Of a DNA stretch of 64,000 nt, positions 23,006 to 33,275 are shown piece after piece (the first letter of the stretch is position 1; every line of letters begins with the position of its first letter). The notes beneath the pieces are model-generated. The model was given only the letters and a program-made list of their open reading frames with translations, made no database searches and was not told the DNA's origin. Location of the stretch: contig OZ246001.1 of the NCBI GenBank assembly GCA_965230295.1, forward strand, positions 480,001 through 544,000, in the 5' to 3' direction. Source of the DNA: Marinicella sp. (GTDB lineage: Bacteria > Pseudomonadota > Gammaproteobacteria > Xanthomonadales > Marinicellaceae). The position numbers were made by a program, and so were the translations under genes.

Positions 23006-23267
23006 ATAAGTCCCATTGTGTTCCATACCAGGTCTTTTTAATCTTGCCAGCATAGTGTTCAGCTTAAATGATTCGGCAACAAATTTTGTCACCTTGTTCT
23101 TAATAAAATTGAAGTTTCTTCAAAAAACCCGTCATTTATTCACTTTCTTACATACACAAAGTATGTCTATGTATTATTCTGTCAAATTAATCAGATATTT
23201 GCACATTAGCTTGAATACCACCGTATTAAGTTTTAATTTAATCAGGGTGTGATTAATTAATGTGTGT

Positions 23268-24089
23268 ATGAAGATTACATCGGTTTGTGTTTTATTGTGT
23301 TTTACTGCGACTTCAATGGCCTTTGAAGAAATTGAGGTCACACCTATGTATCCCAATGGTTGGGAAGCGGTCAATGTGCGTGATGATGCCATTGTCGAAT
23401 TGAGTCAAAATCAACCCCTGTTCGGTGACGGGTCACTGCTGTTTGCCACTGACACCCAAACATCTGGACAAGACAAAGCGGATTTCCAGAATCTGTGGCA
23501 GCAGTCCACATCCGGGATTGACTTTCCGAATCGCACCTTAGGCAACATATCCAATCTGAACTACGCCTGGTATCGTGACTCATCCAGCACCACCACTCCA
23601 CATTTCACCCCTGTGTTTCGACTTAACTTTTATGATGATGGCGGAACCCCTGGTGATTTAAGCGATGATGTTCTGGGCGTATTGGTATGGGAAGGTGTTT
23701 ACAATGGCTACAATACACCCATTGAGGACAGTTGGGAAATTGTAGACATGATGACTGATAACTTTTGGGTCTTTGTCTCACAAAGCGCCAATGGATCTGG
23801 TGTGGTCCCGATCTACAACATGACATTGGACGACTGGATCAACAGTTCCAATGTGGTATCAGGCAATTTGGACATCACGTTAACTGCCAACACTTACATC
23901 ATTGGCATCAATGTGGGAGTGGGCTCTGGCTGGGGCAGTACTTTTTTAGGGTATGTGGATACCGTCCGCATTGCTTTTGGAGGCAGTGATGACACCTTAT
24001 TCAATTTTGAGCTGTGCCCGGTGTTTGTTCCTAACACCAACCCTGACGTCTTGTTTAACGACTCATTTGAATGCTTCAAAAGATTTTAA
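23268..24089 (+). CDS. Secreted hypothetical protein with C-terminal DVLFNDSFE tag
   Basis: Signal peptide, beta-rich acidic body, GINVGVGSGW...FNFE. Confidence 0.75.
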   Translation: MKITSVCVLLCFTATSMAFEEIEVTPMYPNGWEAVNVRDDAIVELSQNQPLFGDGSLLFATDTQTSGQDKADFQNLWQQSTSGIDFPNRTLGNISNLNYAWYRDSSSTTTPHFTPVFRLNFYDDGGTPGDLSDDVLGVLVWEGVYNGYNTPIEDSWEIVDMMTDNFWVFVSQSANGSGVVPIYNMTLDDWINSSNVVSGNLDITLTANTYIIGINVGVGSGWGSTFLGYVDTVRIAFGGSDDTLFNFELCPVFVPNTNPDVLFNDSFECFKRF

Positions 24090-24093
24090 GTAT

Positions 24094-25533
24094 TTAAACC
24101 TGGGTGCCACCCACAGTTAATTGGTCAATTTTTAAACTGGGTTGTCCAATCCCGACTGGTATACTTTGTCCATCTTTACCGCAAATACCTAAACCTTGAT
24201 CAAAGGCCAAATCATTACCCACCATACTGACTTTTTGCATCGCTGCAGGTCCATCACCAATGAGTGTTGCTCCTTTGACCGGATATGTGATCTTGCCTTT
24301 TTCAACCATGTAAGCTTCAGATGCGGAGAAGACAAATTTGCCGTTGGTGATGTCCACCTGCCCTCCACTGAAATTAACCGCATACAAACCTTTATCAACA
24401 GACGCGATGATTTCTTGTGGGTCATATTCCCCGCCTAACATATAAGTATTGGTCATGCGTGGCATGGGTAAATGGGCGAAAGATTCACGCCGTCCATTTC
24501 CAGTGGTGGGCACACCCATCAATCTGGCATTCAATTTGTCTTGCATGTAACCACGCAAGATGCCATCTTCAATCAATACATTTTCTTGTGATTGCGTGCC
24601 TTCATCATCGATGTTCAAAGAACCTCGACGATTAGGTAACAGGCCACTGTCAATGATGGTACAAGCAGATGAGGTCACTTGCTGGCCAACTTTGCCAGAG
24701 AATGCTGAAGAACCTTTGCGATTGAAGTCACCTTCCAAACCATGGCCAACGGCTTCATGTAACAACACGCCAGGCCAACCACCTGCCAAGACCACAGGCA
24801 TTTCTCCTGCTGGTGCCGGCTTGGCCTGCAGGTTGACCAAGGCGCCATGGATGGCTTGACTGACAAAATCATCGGCATAACCTGCTTTAAACACTTCAGA
24901 CAACAATACCCGACCGCCCCCACCGGCATAACCCATTTCCATTCGGCCTTTGTCATCAGCACAAATCACTTGAATACTCAATTTCACCATGGGACGGATG
25001 TCAGCTGCAAACACCCCATCTGTGGCAGCCACCATCACTTCTTCTTGAGACGAAACCAAAGAACATATGACTTTCTGAACCCGGTGATCCTGTTTCCTTG
25101 CTGCCGCATCCATGTCATTCAATAAAGCAATGATGGCCGCATTGTCGACACCAGAAAGCACATCGATCGGGGTATACAATTCGGGTACTTGATGGCCTGT
25201 TAAGCCAACGCCACGATGGTTTGACTGACTGCGGGCAATGCTTCTGGCCGTTTGTACGGCTTGACTGATACCGGCCTTATCCAAGACATCGGTATAAGCA
25301 AACCCAGTCTTCTCGCCCTGGTTGATGCGCACACCTACACCTTGGTCTATGCTGTGACTGCCTGATTTAACCTGCTGATTCTCCAGCACCCAGGATTCCA
25401 GTCGAGAAGATTGAAAATACAGGTCGGCAAAATCACCACCGGTACCCAAAGCATCACCGAGTAATGATTCCAAATCTGCAACGTTCAGCCCACCGGGCTC
25501 AAGAAAAGTTTTACTGGTTTGTTTGATTGACAT
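24094..25533 (-). CDS. tldD: Metalloprotease TldD
   Basis: GWPGVLLHEAVGHGLEGDFNRKGSS, PMPRMTNTYM, GICGKDGQSIPVGIGQP. Confidence 0.96.
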   Translation of the reverse strand: MSIKQTSKTFLEPGGLNVADLESLLGDALGTGGDFADLYFQSSRLESWVLENQQVKSGSHSIDQGVGVRINQGEKTGFAYTDVLDKAGISQAVQTARSIARSQSNHRGVGLTGHQVPELYTPIDVLSGVDNAAIIALLNDMDAAARKQDHRVQKVICSLVSSQEEVMVAATDGVFAADIRPMVKLSIQVICADDKGRMEMGYAGGGGRVLLSEVFKAGYADDFVSQAIHGALVNLQAKPAPAGEMPVVLAGGWPGVLLHEAVGHGLEGDFNRKGSSAFSGKVGQQVTSSACTIIDSGLLPNRRGSLNIDDEGTQSQENVLIEDGILRGYMQDKLNARLMGVPTTGNGRRESFAHLPMPRMTNTYMLGGEYDPQEIIASVDKGLYAVNFSGGQVDITNGKFVFSASEAYMVEKGKITYPVKGATLIGDGPAAMQKVSMVGNDLAFDQGLGICGKDGQSIPVGIGQPSLKIDQLTVGGTQV

Positions 25534-26347
25534 TATTTTTGATATTGATGAGGTAAGTTAATAGCATTGATGCAATGACATAAGCGACGAAATAAAACAC
25601 GCCAATTTGTAAAGTCGCATCTGTGGCACCACCTGACTTGGTGGTGAAGTAGGTGACTAATATGGCAATCACAAAAACATCTAGCATGGACCATTTACCA
25701 ATGGTCTTCAATACCCTGATGCTTTTCTGTGAAAAATGCAGGTTCTGACTGAACAGCACCACCAACATCATCACTGACTTAAATATCGGGGTCAAAATGG
25801 TGAAAATAAAGATGATGATGGCGATTGCCGTCTGCCCGGATTCATACAGTTTTTGTAGGGCAGAAACAATACTTTTTGATTCAAACTGGAAGACTGTTTG
25901 ACCTAATACAGGTATGTCTTGATAGGCGATGATGGCCAAAATAGGTGCAAACCAACCAGTCACCAAGGCCATCACTGTCACCATCAACAAAGCCAATAAG
26001 GACACTTTTGATTGTAAAAACCCATGCAACAAAAACATCAAAACCAAAGTTGCAATGAATAACTTGGTGTATTTATTGGCCAATTTATCATGAGCCTCAG
26101 CTTGTTCTTTCAACGCATTCAAAGCTTCCAAATCTTCGCTGTGACCAGAATACCAACTGAAAGTTATGGCTTCTAATACCTTTTTACTTTTGGATTTGAA
26201 GTTATCAGTCATCGACAACTTTTCTGAAAGTTCTCCAATACGATGTTCATAAGCCAGTGACTGGCCCCATGATTCATAAGCCAAATAAGCACAAAAACTG
26301 GTGGCAACCAACAGGTAGATGATTTGAGCCCATGTTTTTTTATTCAT
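25511..26347 (-). CDS. Paraquat-inducible protein A family membrane protein
   Basis: IGKWSMLDVFVIAILV PqiA signature; multiple TMs. Confidence 0.8.
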   Translation of the reverse strand: MNKKTWAQIIYLLVATSFCAYLAYESWGQSLAYEHRIGELSEKLSMTDNFKSKSKKVLEAITFSWYSGHSEDLEALNALKEQAEAHDKLANKYTKLFIATLVLMFLLHGFLQSKVSLLALLMVTVMALVTGWFAPILAIIAYQDIPVLGQTVFQFESKSIVSALQKLYESGQTAIAIIIFIFTILTPIFKSVMMLVVLFSQNLHFSQKSIRVLKTIGKWSMLDVFVIAILVTYFTTKSGGATDATLQIGVFYFVAYVIASMLLTYLINIKNNVNQTNQ

Positions 26348-29300
26348 CAGATATCAACTCTATCAATGGATCATCCCAGGTTCCCGTGACCTGATAAATG
26401 ATTTCATTTTTATTTTTCAACTGTTTATCAAACAACCCTTGAACCAAAAATCCTGCTGCGGCTCCGACCGGACCTCCTGCAATGGCACCTATGGTTGGGA
26501 AGGTTTTTCCTATTTGTGGCCGAACGGTGATGATTTGTGCATAACTTTGATCTGCAAAACCGACATCACCTTCGATGTGAATTTTAGCAGAAGATGCCTT
26601 GATTAAAAAATCTTGGGTGTTGGCCACTCCGGACTTGATCTCAAAATGCCCTTCCATACTACTGAATAACAACCCATCTGATAAAACATCACGAAAATCC
26701 AAGATCAAGCGGCGTGGTAAATTAGTCAAATTGAACAGGCCCAAAACCCGACCAAATCCGGGGTCCTGATCTAAAACCTGACCCTGTCCAATTTTAATGT
26801 CCAAGGCACCATCAATGGTGGCCATGTTAAATTGACTGGGCAAACCTGACCATTGTGCTTTCATTTCTACCAACGTTTGTGCATTGGTGATGGGGGCATT
26901 GAAACCCATGGTATGTAAAAAATCTGCAATCTTTTCAGAAAACATCACCACATTGAATGCTGAATACCCAAGCGCTCCCTCACCTTTGTTCCAACTGCCA
27001 GAAACATTGATTTCAGCCAATTCTGATTTGATACTGAGCTGATCCACTTTAATGCCATCTGCTACATTGCGCATTTCCATGCGTAACTCGCCTAAAGGAA
27101 CAGCTGAATAGCTGAATTGCCCAACCCATAAATGGATGTCAGGAATTTCTGCACTTTCTTTGTCATCTTTGTGTTGTGTATCAATGACATCAGCATCAAT
27201 CCAGTTCAAGTGGTCAAATTCGGCCACTATTCCTTTTTGTTTCACGTCATCATCGATCACCAATTGCCCTTTGATGGCTTCGCTGTCCACTTGAATGTGA
27301 TAACTGTTCGGCTCTCTTTTGATGTTCAAAGACATGTCTGTAAACGTTCTGGACATGAACACCAATTCATTGATTTGTAAATTGACTTCACTGACTGGCA
27401 ATGCATGCTCAGGTTTTTCCAATTCAGCGTTTGTGCCCGGGTTTGATTTTTGAGCGACCAAAGCCAGCCATTGATCCAAATCCAATAGCTGAATGTGTCC
27501 GCCGAAGGCATCGATGGATGTCTCGACTGATGGGTCCTCAACGGCTTGTATAAACTGTAATTTAGATAAATGGTAGCGGCCTGCTTCAGCATGGATGGTG
27601 GACTTTATCTCGTTGTTGTAATTGATTTCTACTGAAGTGTTGTTACAAGGGATGTTGCATTTGATTTCTAATGATTTGTCTTCATCGGCTGTTTTTTCCA
27701 GCGGTGCAGGCAAGTTTATGGCCACCCCGGATAATTCAGAAGTGGCTGTCATCATGAGGTTATCCTGTTGATTCTGGATGTTGATGTTCCAATCCGACTG
27801 GCCTGTTATTGGTAACTGCTGATCAATCAATCCCAACAGGTAATCGGCACCCAAGGGTCCTTTTAAATTAACATCAATCACCACACCTGTTTCACTTTTG
27901 GTGATGATTTTACCATTTAGATTAACTGCAGCATCATTCAATTGTGCCGGTAAATCTTGCATCAACAATTGATAGCCGTCCAGTTCAACTGGCCCATTGA
28001 TTTGATCAATGGCGAAATGTTCGGTAAAGAACTGGCCTTGATTGAAGACCACCTGCCCTTGCGGTTCAAATGCTTGTTTTACTTCAGGTTTAACAGAAAC
28101 ATCGAAGTCCAAGTCAATCTTTTGCTGACCACCCACACGAATGAACTCGTTGAGCTCAATGTTCTTAACCAATGGTGATTTGCGGATGTAGTCAAGAATT
28201 TGATTGTCCTTACTTTGAGCTTTCATATCAACCGCAATGATACCGCTGTCAAACGAATCTAAGTCCACTTGCGCCTGATTGACTTGAATGCCAAGGGTAT
28301 CTGCAGAGACCACCGTTACATTGGCTGAATCATGATCAAATTCAGCCACTGAGTTGATGTTATTGACCACCGGCCATTGAGGATGAAACAAATTATCAAT
28401 GCCCTCTGTGTAGGCCCGGGAATTAAAGACCGCGCGTTCTGTTTTGAATGCTTGAGGCACCATGTCTACATGTACAAACACAAAACCCCTTTTGACTTGT
28501 CCAGCCAATAAACCGTTGTCCAACCAAGCCAATGTCTTTGGTTTCCATACATTGTGCGGCCAGTACTTCCACAACGAAGTCACATCAACTGCCGTGACTT
28601 GGCTGCTGAGAATCAGTTCCTTTTCTTGTTCATGTCTGAAATCAGACCAGGCTTGTAGATTGAAATCTCCACAGGCACACCAGAGGTTATTAACTGCTAA
28701 TTTCGGTTTTGGAGTCGACCAATCAAGAGTCATTTGTGCATTCATGTTATTCCAACCCAACAATCCCCTGAACATGTCTGGAACAGCCAAAGTGCCAGCC
28801 CCGGAGTCCAGCAGCATTTGCCCAGCCGAATCGTTGAATTCAAGTTCACCTGACAAACCTGTGAAATTGAATTTGTCATTTTGCAAACCAAATTCTGAAA
28901 ACTTGAGGAACCCAGAGTTGGCAGATTCATTGTGCCGCTCTAGATTTAATTCGAATAAGTCAATGTTGCCACTGATTTGATTGAGTTGTTGTGTATTGAC
29001 CGCTTGGCTCAAGCCCAAATCACTGACCACCTGTAACGCCCAGACCAGCGGCACCTGTGTGGATTTGATTTGACTGAGAGACGATTCACGCTGGAGCCCA
29101 ATATTGAAGTCTGGCCAATGGGTCTGGCCTTTAACAATGTCATAGACACTGATGTTTGCCAACCAACTTTTGGCTTCACCTTGATGTTTTAATTTCACCC
29201 CGAAGGAGAATGCTTCATCGGCATTAAGCCAATTGAGTTGACCGGTCATGGTTTGAATGTAGCCTGCTTGAGCAGTCAACCAAATTTCACCATCCAATTG

Positions 29301-30056
29301 TCCTTTAAGCTGGCCTTTTCGTAAGCCTATATTGGTCACCAGATCTTTGATGTTGCTCAACTCAAATTGATCGAATTTAATGTACCATTGGGCATCACGT
29401 GTCAGGGATTCAGTTCTTAATCCTTTACTCAACACCTCAACACTTTGATCATTGTCTTCATTGCGAATAATCAGCTGTAAAGCCCTGTGAGACTGATCCT
29501 GTTCTAACAACACATCAGCTTTCAGACCAGCCAACAAAACCTCTCCGGATTCATCGGCCAGGTTCAAAGTCATTTCATCCACCCGCAACGATCCGGTGGT
29601 CAATACTCGATCCAGCATTTCTGTGAACCTGGCTTCATCATCGTCATCATTGATGGTAATGCTGGCACCTTGGTCTGAACGAATCATGTCCAATTCTGCT
29701 TTGTTGATGCTCAAGTCAATACCGGTACGCCCACCTGGAATCAGCAATTGATAGACATTGATAGACAAATCTGCTGACTCTAACTGTACGCTTTGCTTAC
29801 CCGTTAATTTAAGGTTTGACAGTTCAAAATAAGGCCCATACCCTCGCCAGGAACCATCAATTTCATCGACATCTACTGCCAATCCCCATTGTTTTGCCAA
29901 GAATTTTTCCAAACGGTCCTGGTACAAAGTCTCAAACGGCAGCAACAAACTCAGTAAACCAACTGCCAGGCCAGCCAACACTATCACCAACGCCAGTAAA
30001 CCACGGATTTTTATCCACAGCCTAAACAGCCAATGATGTTTTTTGGTTTTAGTCAT
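26340..30056 (-). CDS. yhdP: AsmA-like phospholipid transporter YhdP
   Basis: 1238 aa, N-terminal TM, GRVLGLFNL..LPRRL.LDFRDV, YQVTGTWDDP; sits in the rng-yhdP-tldD synteny. Confidence 0.9.
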   Translation of the reverse strand: MTKTKKHHWLFRLWIKIRGLLALVIVLAGLAVGLLSLLLPFETLYQDRLEKFLAKQWGLAVDVDEIDGSWRGYGPYFELSNLKLTGKQSVQLESADLSINVYQLLIPGGRTGIDLSINKAELDMIRSDQGASITINDDDDEARFTEMLDRVLTTGSLRVDEMTLNLADESGEVLLAGLKADVLLEQDQSHRALQLIIRNEDNDQSVEVLSKGLRTESLTRDAQWYIKFDQFELSNIKDLVTNIGLRKGQLKGQLDGEIWLTAQAGYIQTMTGQLNWLNADEAFSFGVKLKHQGEAKSWLANISVYDIVKGQTHWPDFNIGLQRESSLSQIKSTQVPLVWALQVVSDLGLSQAVNTQQLNQISGNIDLFELNLERHNESANSGFLKFSEFGLQNDKFNFTGLSGELEFNDSAGQMLLDSGAGTLAVPDMFRGLLGWNNMNAQMTLDWSTPKPKLAVNNLWCACGDFNLQAWSDFRHEQEKELILSSQVTAVDVTSLWKYWPHNVWKPKTLAWLDNGLLAGQVKRGFVFVHVDMVPQAFKTERAVFNSRAYTEGIDNLFHPQWPVVNNINSVAEFDHDSANVTVVSADTLGIQVNQAQVDLDSFDSGIIAVDMKAQSKDNQILDYIRKSPLVKNIELNEFIRVGGQQKIDLDFDVSVKPEVKQAFEPQGQVVFNQGQFFTEHFAIDQINGPVELDGYQLLMQDLPAQLNDAAVNLNGKIITKSETGVVIDVNLKGPLGADYLLGLIDQQLPITGQSDWNINIQNQQDNLMMTATSELSGVAINLPAPLEKTADEDKSLEIKCNIPCNNTSVEINYNNEIKSTIHAEAGRYHLSKLQFIQAVEDPSVETSIDAFGGHIQLLDLDQWLALVAQKSNPGTNAELEKPEHALPVSEVNLQINELVFMSRTFTDMSLNIKREPNSYHIQVDSEAIKGQLVIDDDVKQKGIVAEFDHLNWIDADVIDTQHKDDKESAEIPDIHLWVGQFSYSAVPLGELRMEMRNVADGIKVDQLSIKSELAEINVSGSWNKGEGALGYSAFNVVMFSEKIADFLHTMGFNAPITNAQTLVEMKAQWSGLPSQFNMATIDGALDIKIGQGQVLDQDPGFGRVLGLFNLTNLPRRLILDFRDVLSDGLLFSSMEGHFEIKSGVANTQDFLIKASSAKIHIEGDVGFADQSYAQIITVRPQIGKTFPTIGAIAGGPVGAAAGFLVQGLFDKQLKNKNEIIYQVTGTWDDPLIELISDE

Positions 30057-30067
30057 GCCTGAATAAC

Positions 30068-31543
30068 CTACAACAAGACCACGTCATGTTGGTGTCTTTC
30101 ATAACTTTCTTCGGCTTGAAAGCTGATGCGCTTACCCAGGCTTTCTTCCATTTCAGCCAAGGTTTCGGAATGCTCATCAATGATGTATTGGACCAACCTG
30201 GCTGAACCAATAACCATCACCTTGCTTGCTTTGAATTGTTTTACAGAACGGGTGATTTCACGGAACAGTTTAAAACTGATGGTTTCAATGGTTTCAATAG
30301 AACCCACACCATGACATTTATCACAAGGTTCACACAGCATGTCTTGTAAATTTTCTGTGGTGCGCTTACGGGTCATTTCAACCAGTCCCAGCCCAGTGAA
30401 TCCAAGCACATTGGTTCGGGCACTGTCACCCTCTAACTGCTCCTCCAAGGTCTGCAAAACCTGTAATTTATGTGACTTCTCAATCATGTCAATGAAATCA
30501 ATGATCACGATACCCCCGATGTTGCGAAGTCGCAATTGCCTTGCAATGATCTGAGCCGCTTCCAGGTTGGTCTTAAAAGCCGTGTCTTCTAATGACTTGT
30601 AACCAACAAATTGCCCCGTGTTTACATCGATGGTGGTCATGGCTTCATTTTGATCAAAAATCAAATTACCGCCCGATTTCAATTCAACTTTCCTGCCTAT
30701 GGAACGGTCAATTTCATCATCGATATGAAATTGATCGAACAACGGCCGTGAAACTTTGTGTTCAACCAAATCACCGGCCCACTCTGCAGCAAAGTCTTGT
30801 AAAAAGGCCTCCAACCGCAAGTAAATATCATGTGAATCAGTGGTTATTTTTGTCAAGTTTTCATTGACCTGATCGCGCACCACTTTTTTTGCCAGTGAAA
30901 ATTCACTGTAGATCAAACTGGGCGATTTTGCTTGGTTGATTTGTTGGTCCAGGCGTTGCCAAAGGCGATGCAAAAAGCGCCAATCATGAAACAATGCCGT
31001 GTGACTCACCAATTCAGCATTGGTCCTGGCAATCAAACCAAAGTCCTGATTCTCATGATTAATTTTTTGCAGCAACTCTGTTAACCGTTCACGTTCCTGG
31101 TCATCGGTAATTCGAGCCGATATGGCTGTGAGTGAGTGATTGTTCGGCATCATAACCAAATACCGGCTGGGGATACTTAGTTGAGTGGTGATGCGTGCCC
31201 CTTTGCTGCCGATTTGATCTTTGTATACTTGAACAACTATCGACTGACCTTCATGCAAAATTTGTGCAATCGAGCCATAGTTGGCCTCATAACCATCCGG
31301 GCGGTTATCGGCGTGTTGTTCTTCAATGTCGGACACATGGATAAAAGCGGCTTTTGACTCGCCAATGTTAACGAAAGCAGCTTGTAATCCAGGCAGAACT
31401 TTCTCGACAGTTCCTTTATATATGTTACCCACCAGGGAATGTTGTTGTGAACGTTCTAACCAAACTTCAGACAGCAAGCCTTCTTCGACCAAAGCCACCC
31501 TGGTTTCAAAATCATTGCTGTTGATCAATATTTCTTTAGACAT
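30068..31543 (-). CDS. rng: Ribonuclease G
   Basis: VGNIYKG.V..VLPGLQAAF, TTIDVNTG, QLRLRNIGGIVIIDFIDM, EMTRKR. Confidence 0.95.
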   Translation of the reverse strand: MSKEILINSNDFETRVALVEEGLLSEVWLERSQQHSLVGNIYKGTVEKVLPGLQAAFVNIGESKAAFIHVSDIEEQHADNRPDGYEANYGSIAQILHEGQSIVVQVYKDQIGSKGARITTQLSIPSRYLVMMPNNHSLTAISARITDDQERERLTELLQKINHENQDFGLIARTNAELVSHTALFHDWRFLHRLWQRLDQQINQAKSPSLIYSEFSLAKKVVRDQVNENLTKITTDSHDIYLRLEAFLQDFAAEWAGDLVEHKVSRPLFDQFHIDDEIDRSIGRKVELKSGGNLIFDQNEAMTTIDVNTGQFVGYKSLEDTAFKTNLEAAQIIARQLRLRNIGGIVIIDFIDMIEKSHKLQVLQTLEEQLEGDSARTNVLGFTGLGLVEMTRKRTTENLQDMLCEPCDKCHGVGSIETIETISFKLFREITRSVKQFKASKVMVIGSARLVQYIIDEHSETLAEMEESLGKRISFQAEESYERHQHDVVLL

Positions 31544-31564
31544 GCATTCACTCAATTCATTCCA

Positions 31565-32158
31565 TCAAGCCTGGGCGTCTAAAATTGACTTGACACCCAA
31601 TTCATTCAATAACTCGGTCGTTTCATACAGTGGCAAGCCCATGATGGCGCTGTAACTGCCTGTTATTCGCTGTATCCACATGGCAGCCAAGCCCTGAATA
31701 CCGTAAGAACCTGCTTTATCCATGGGTTCACCGGTTTTGATGTATGCTTTAATTTGTGCTTCACTGGGTGATGACATCTGCACCGAATTTTCGCTCAATG
31801 TGCTGGCCTGTTTACCCTGATAGGCTACTGTTACAGATGAGTATACTTGATGTGTCTTACCAGAAAGTTTAATTAATGTTAATAATGCCTGATATTCAGT
31901 TTCAGGTTTGCCCAGGATTTCACCCTCACAAACCACGATGGTATCGGCTGTGATGATGGGTAATTCGGTATCAATCAGCTCAACGGCAGCCAATGACTTT
32001 TCCTTGGCCATACGCCTGCAATAACTTTGTGGTGACTCGCCTGCCCTGACCGATTCATCTATATCCACAGGAACAACATCAATCACCCATCCCAACTGCT
32101 TTAACAATTCTGCACGTCTGGGCGAAGCAGATGCCAGTATGAGATTGGCTTCACTCAC
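31565..32158 (-). CDS. maf: Maf family nucleoside triphosphate pyrophosphatase (YhdE-like)
   Basis: LILASASPRRAELL, ADTIVV, EPMDKAGSYGIQG, IMGLP. Confidence 0.95.
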   Translation of the reverse strand: MSEANLILASASPRRAELLKQLGWVIDVVPVDIDESVRAGESPQSYCRRMAKEKSLAAVELIDTELPIITADTIVVCEGEILGKPETEYQALLTLIKLSGKTHQVYSSVTVAYQGKQASTLSENSVQMSSPSEAQIKAYIKTGEPMDKAGSYGIQGLAAMWIQRITGSYSAIMGLPLYETTELLNELGVKSILDAQA

Positions 32159-32621
32159 GGTGGTAAGGGTGGTTGATTAACAAACTGTGTGCCCGATACA
32201 ATTGTTCGGCCACAATGACTTTGACCAACTGATGCGGGAAGGTCATTTTAGATAAGGACCAGGTTTGTTGTGATTGTTGCAACACACTGGCATCCAAGCC
32301 ATCGGCACCACCAATGATGATGTTGACGTCTTGACCAGTCATTTGCCATTGGTCCAGATGTTTCGCAACCACCTTGGTGGATATCGATTGGCCGTTCTCA
32401 TCCAAAGCAATGTTGATGCTGTCAGGCTTAATGTGCCTGGCAATCAATGCCGCTTCCTGGGCTTTAATTTGCGGGACACTTAAGCCTTTCTGCCTGGACA
32501 CAGCGGTCATTTCATTGATATGAATTTTTAAGTGATTGGGCAGCCGATTGTTGTATGTATCAAACGCAACTTGCACCCAATCGGGCATTTTATGCCCCAG
32601 GGTCAACAAACTGATTTTCAT
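32151..32621 (-). CDS. rlmH: 23S rRNA pseudouridine1915 N3-methyltransferase
   Basis: IGGADGL, SLSKMTFPHQL, EQLYRA, HPYHRE. Confidence 0.97.
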   Translation of the reverse strand: MKISLLTLGHKMPDWVQVAFDTYNNRLPNHLKIHINEMTAVSRQKGLSVPQIKAQEAALIARHIKPDSINIALDENGQSISTKVVAKHLDQWQMTGQDVNIIIGGADGLDASVLQQSQQTWSLSKMTFPHQLVKVIVAEQLYRAHSLLINHPYHRE

Positions 32622-32980
32622 TCCTCAGCTGTTTCTTTGAGGTCCCAAAGCCCTTCCAAATGATAAAATTCTCGTGCATCAGCACTCATCACATGAAGTA
32701 CAGCATCACCACAATCAACAATCATCCACTCATTTGAATCCAGACCTTCGGTGCTGAGGATCTCATGGTCGGCTTCATGTAAGGCTTTTTCAGCTTCATC
32801 AGCCAAATGTCGCATGTGTCGATTAGATGTGCCCGTACAAATAACCATGTGATCGGTCACAGATGTCAGGTGTTTAACATCTAGAATCACCACATGTTGT
32901 GCTTTGGCATCGGTTACAGCTTGAAATATAACTTCGGAGACGGGATTGGACCTGTTTTGGTTTTCTATGTTTTCTTGCAC
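32618..32980 (-). CDS. rsfS: Ribosome silencing factor
   Basis: DAKAQ..ILDV, ICTGTSNRH, WMIVDCGDAVLHVM...REFYHLEGLW; GTG start. Confidence 0.95.
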   Translation of the reverse strand: MQENIENQNRSNPVSEVIFQAVTDAKAQHVVILDVKHLTSVTDHMVICTGTSNRHMRHLADEAEKALHEADHEILSTEGLDSNEWMIVDCGDAVLHVMSADAREFYHLEGLWDLKETAEE

Positions 32981-33275
32981 AAACGGTTATTTAATTGAAC
33001 AATTGGCATTTTAACATGTAATCTTTAACAACGCGTAATGCTTTCAACCCAAACTGCTTGATTTAAGCCAAAATCGAGGATTGCATTCACGTTGATTAAA
33101 CACCCCTTCTTTACAATGTAAAAATCACAAGCATTTGAAAGAGATTAAAATATTGTGGGTCTGTTAAGAGGACTATGGACAAAATTATGCAACCACTTGG
33201 TGCAAAATCCATCCATTTCTAAATGGAATTGATACCCGCATATTGATACAATCTTGATAACACCCAAGGAAAAAT

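Noticed and set aside
23016-23252. 78-aa ORF in an AT-rich intergenic region
   Set aside because: TTG start, no RBS, composition typical of translated AT-rich promoter DNA.
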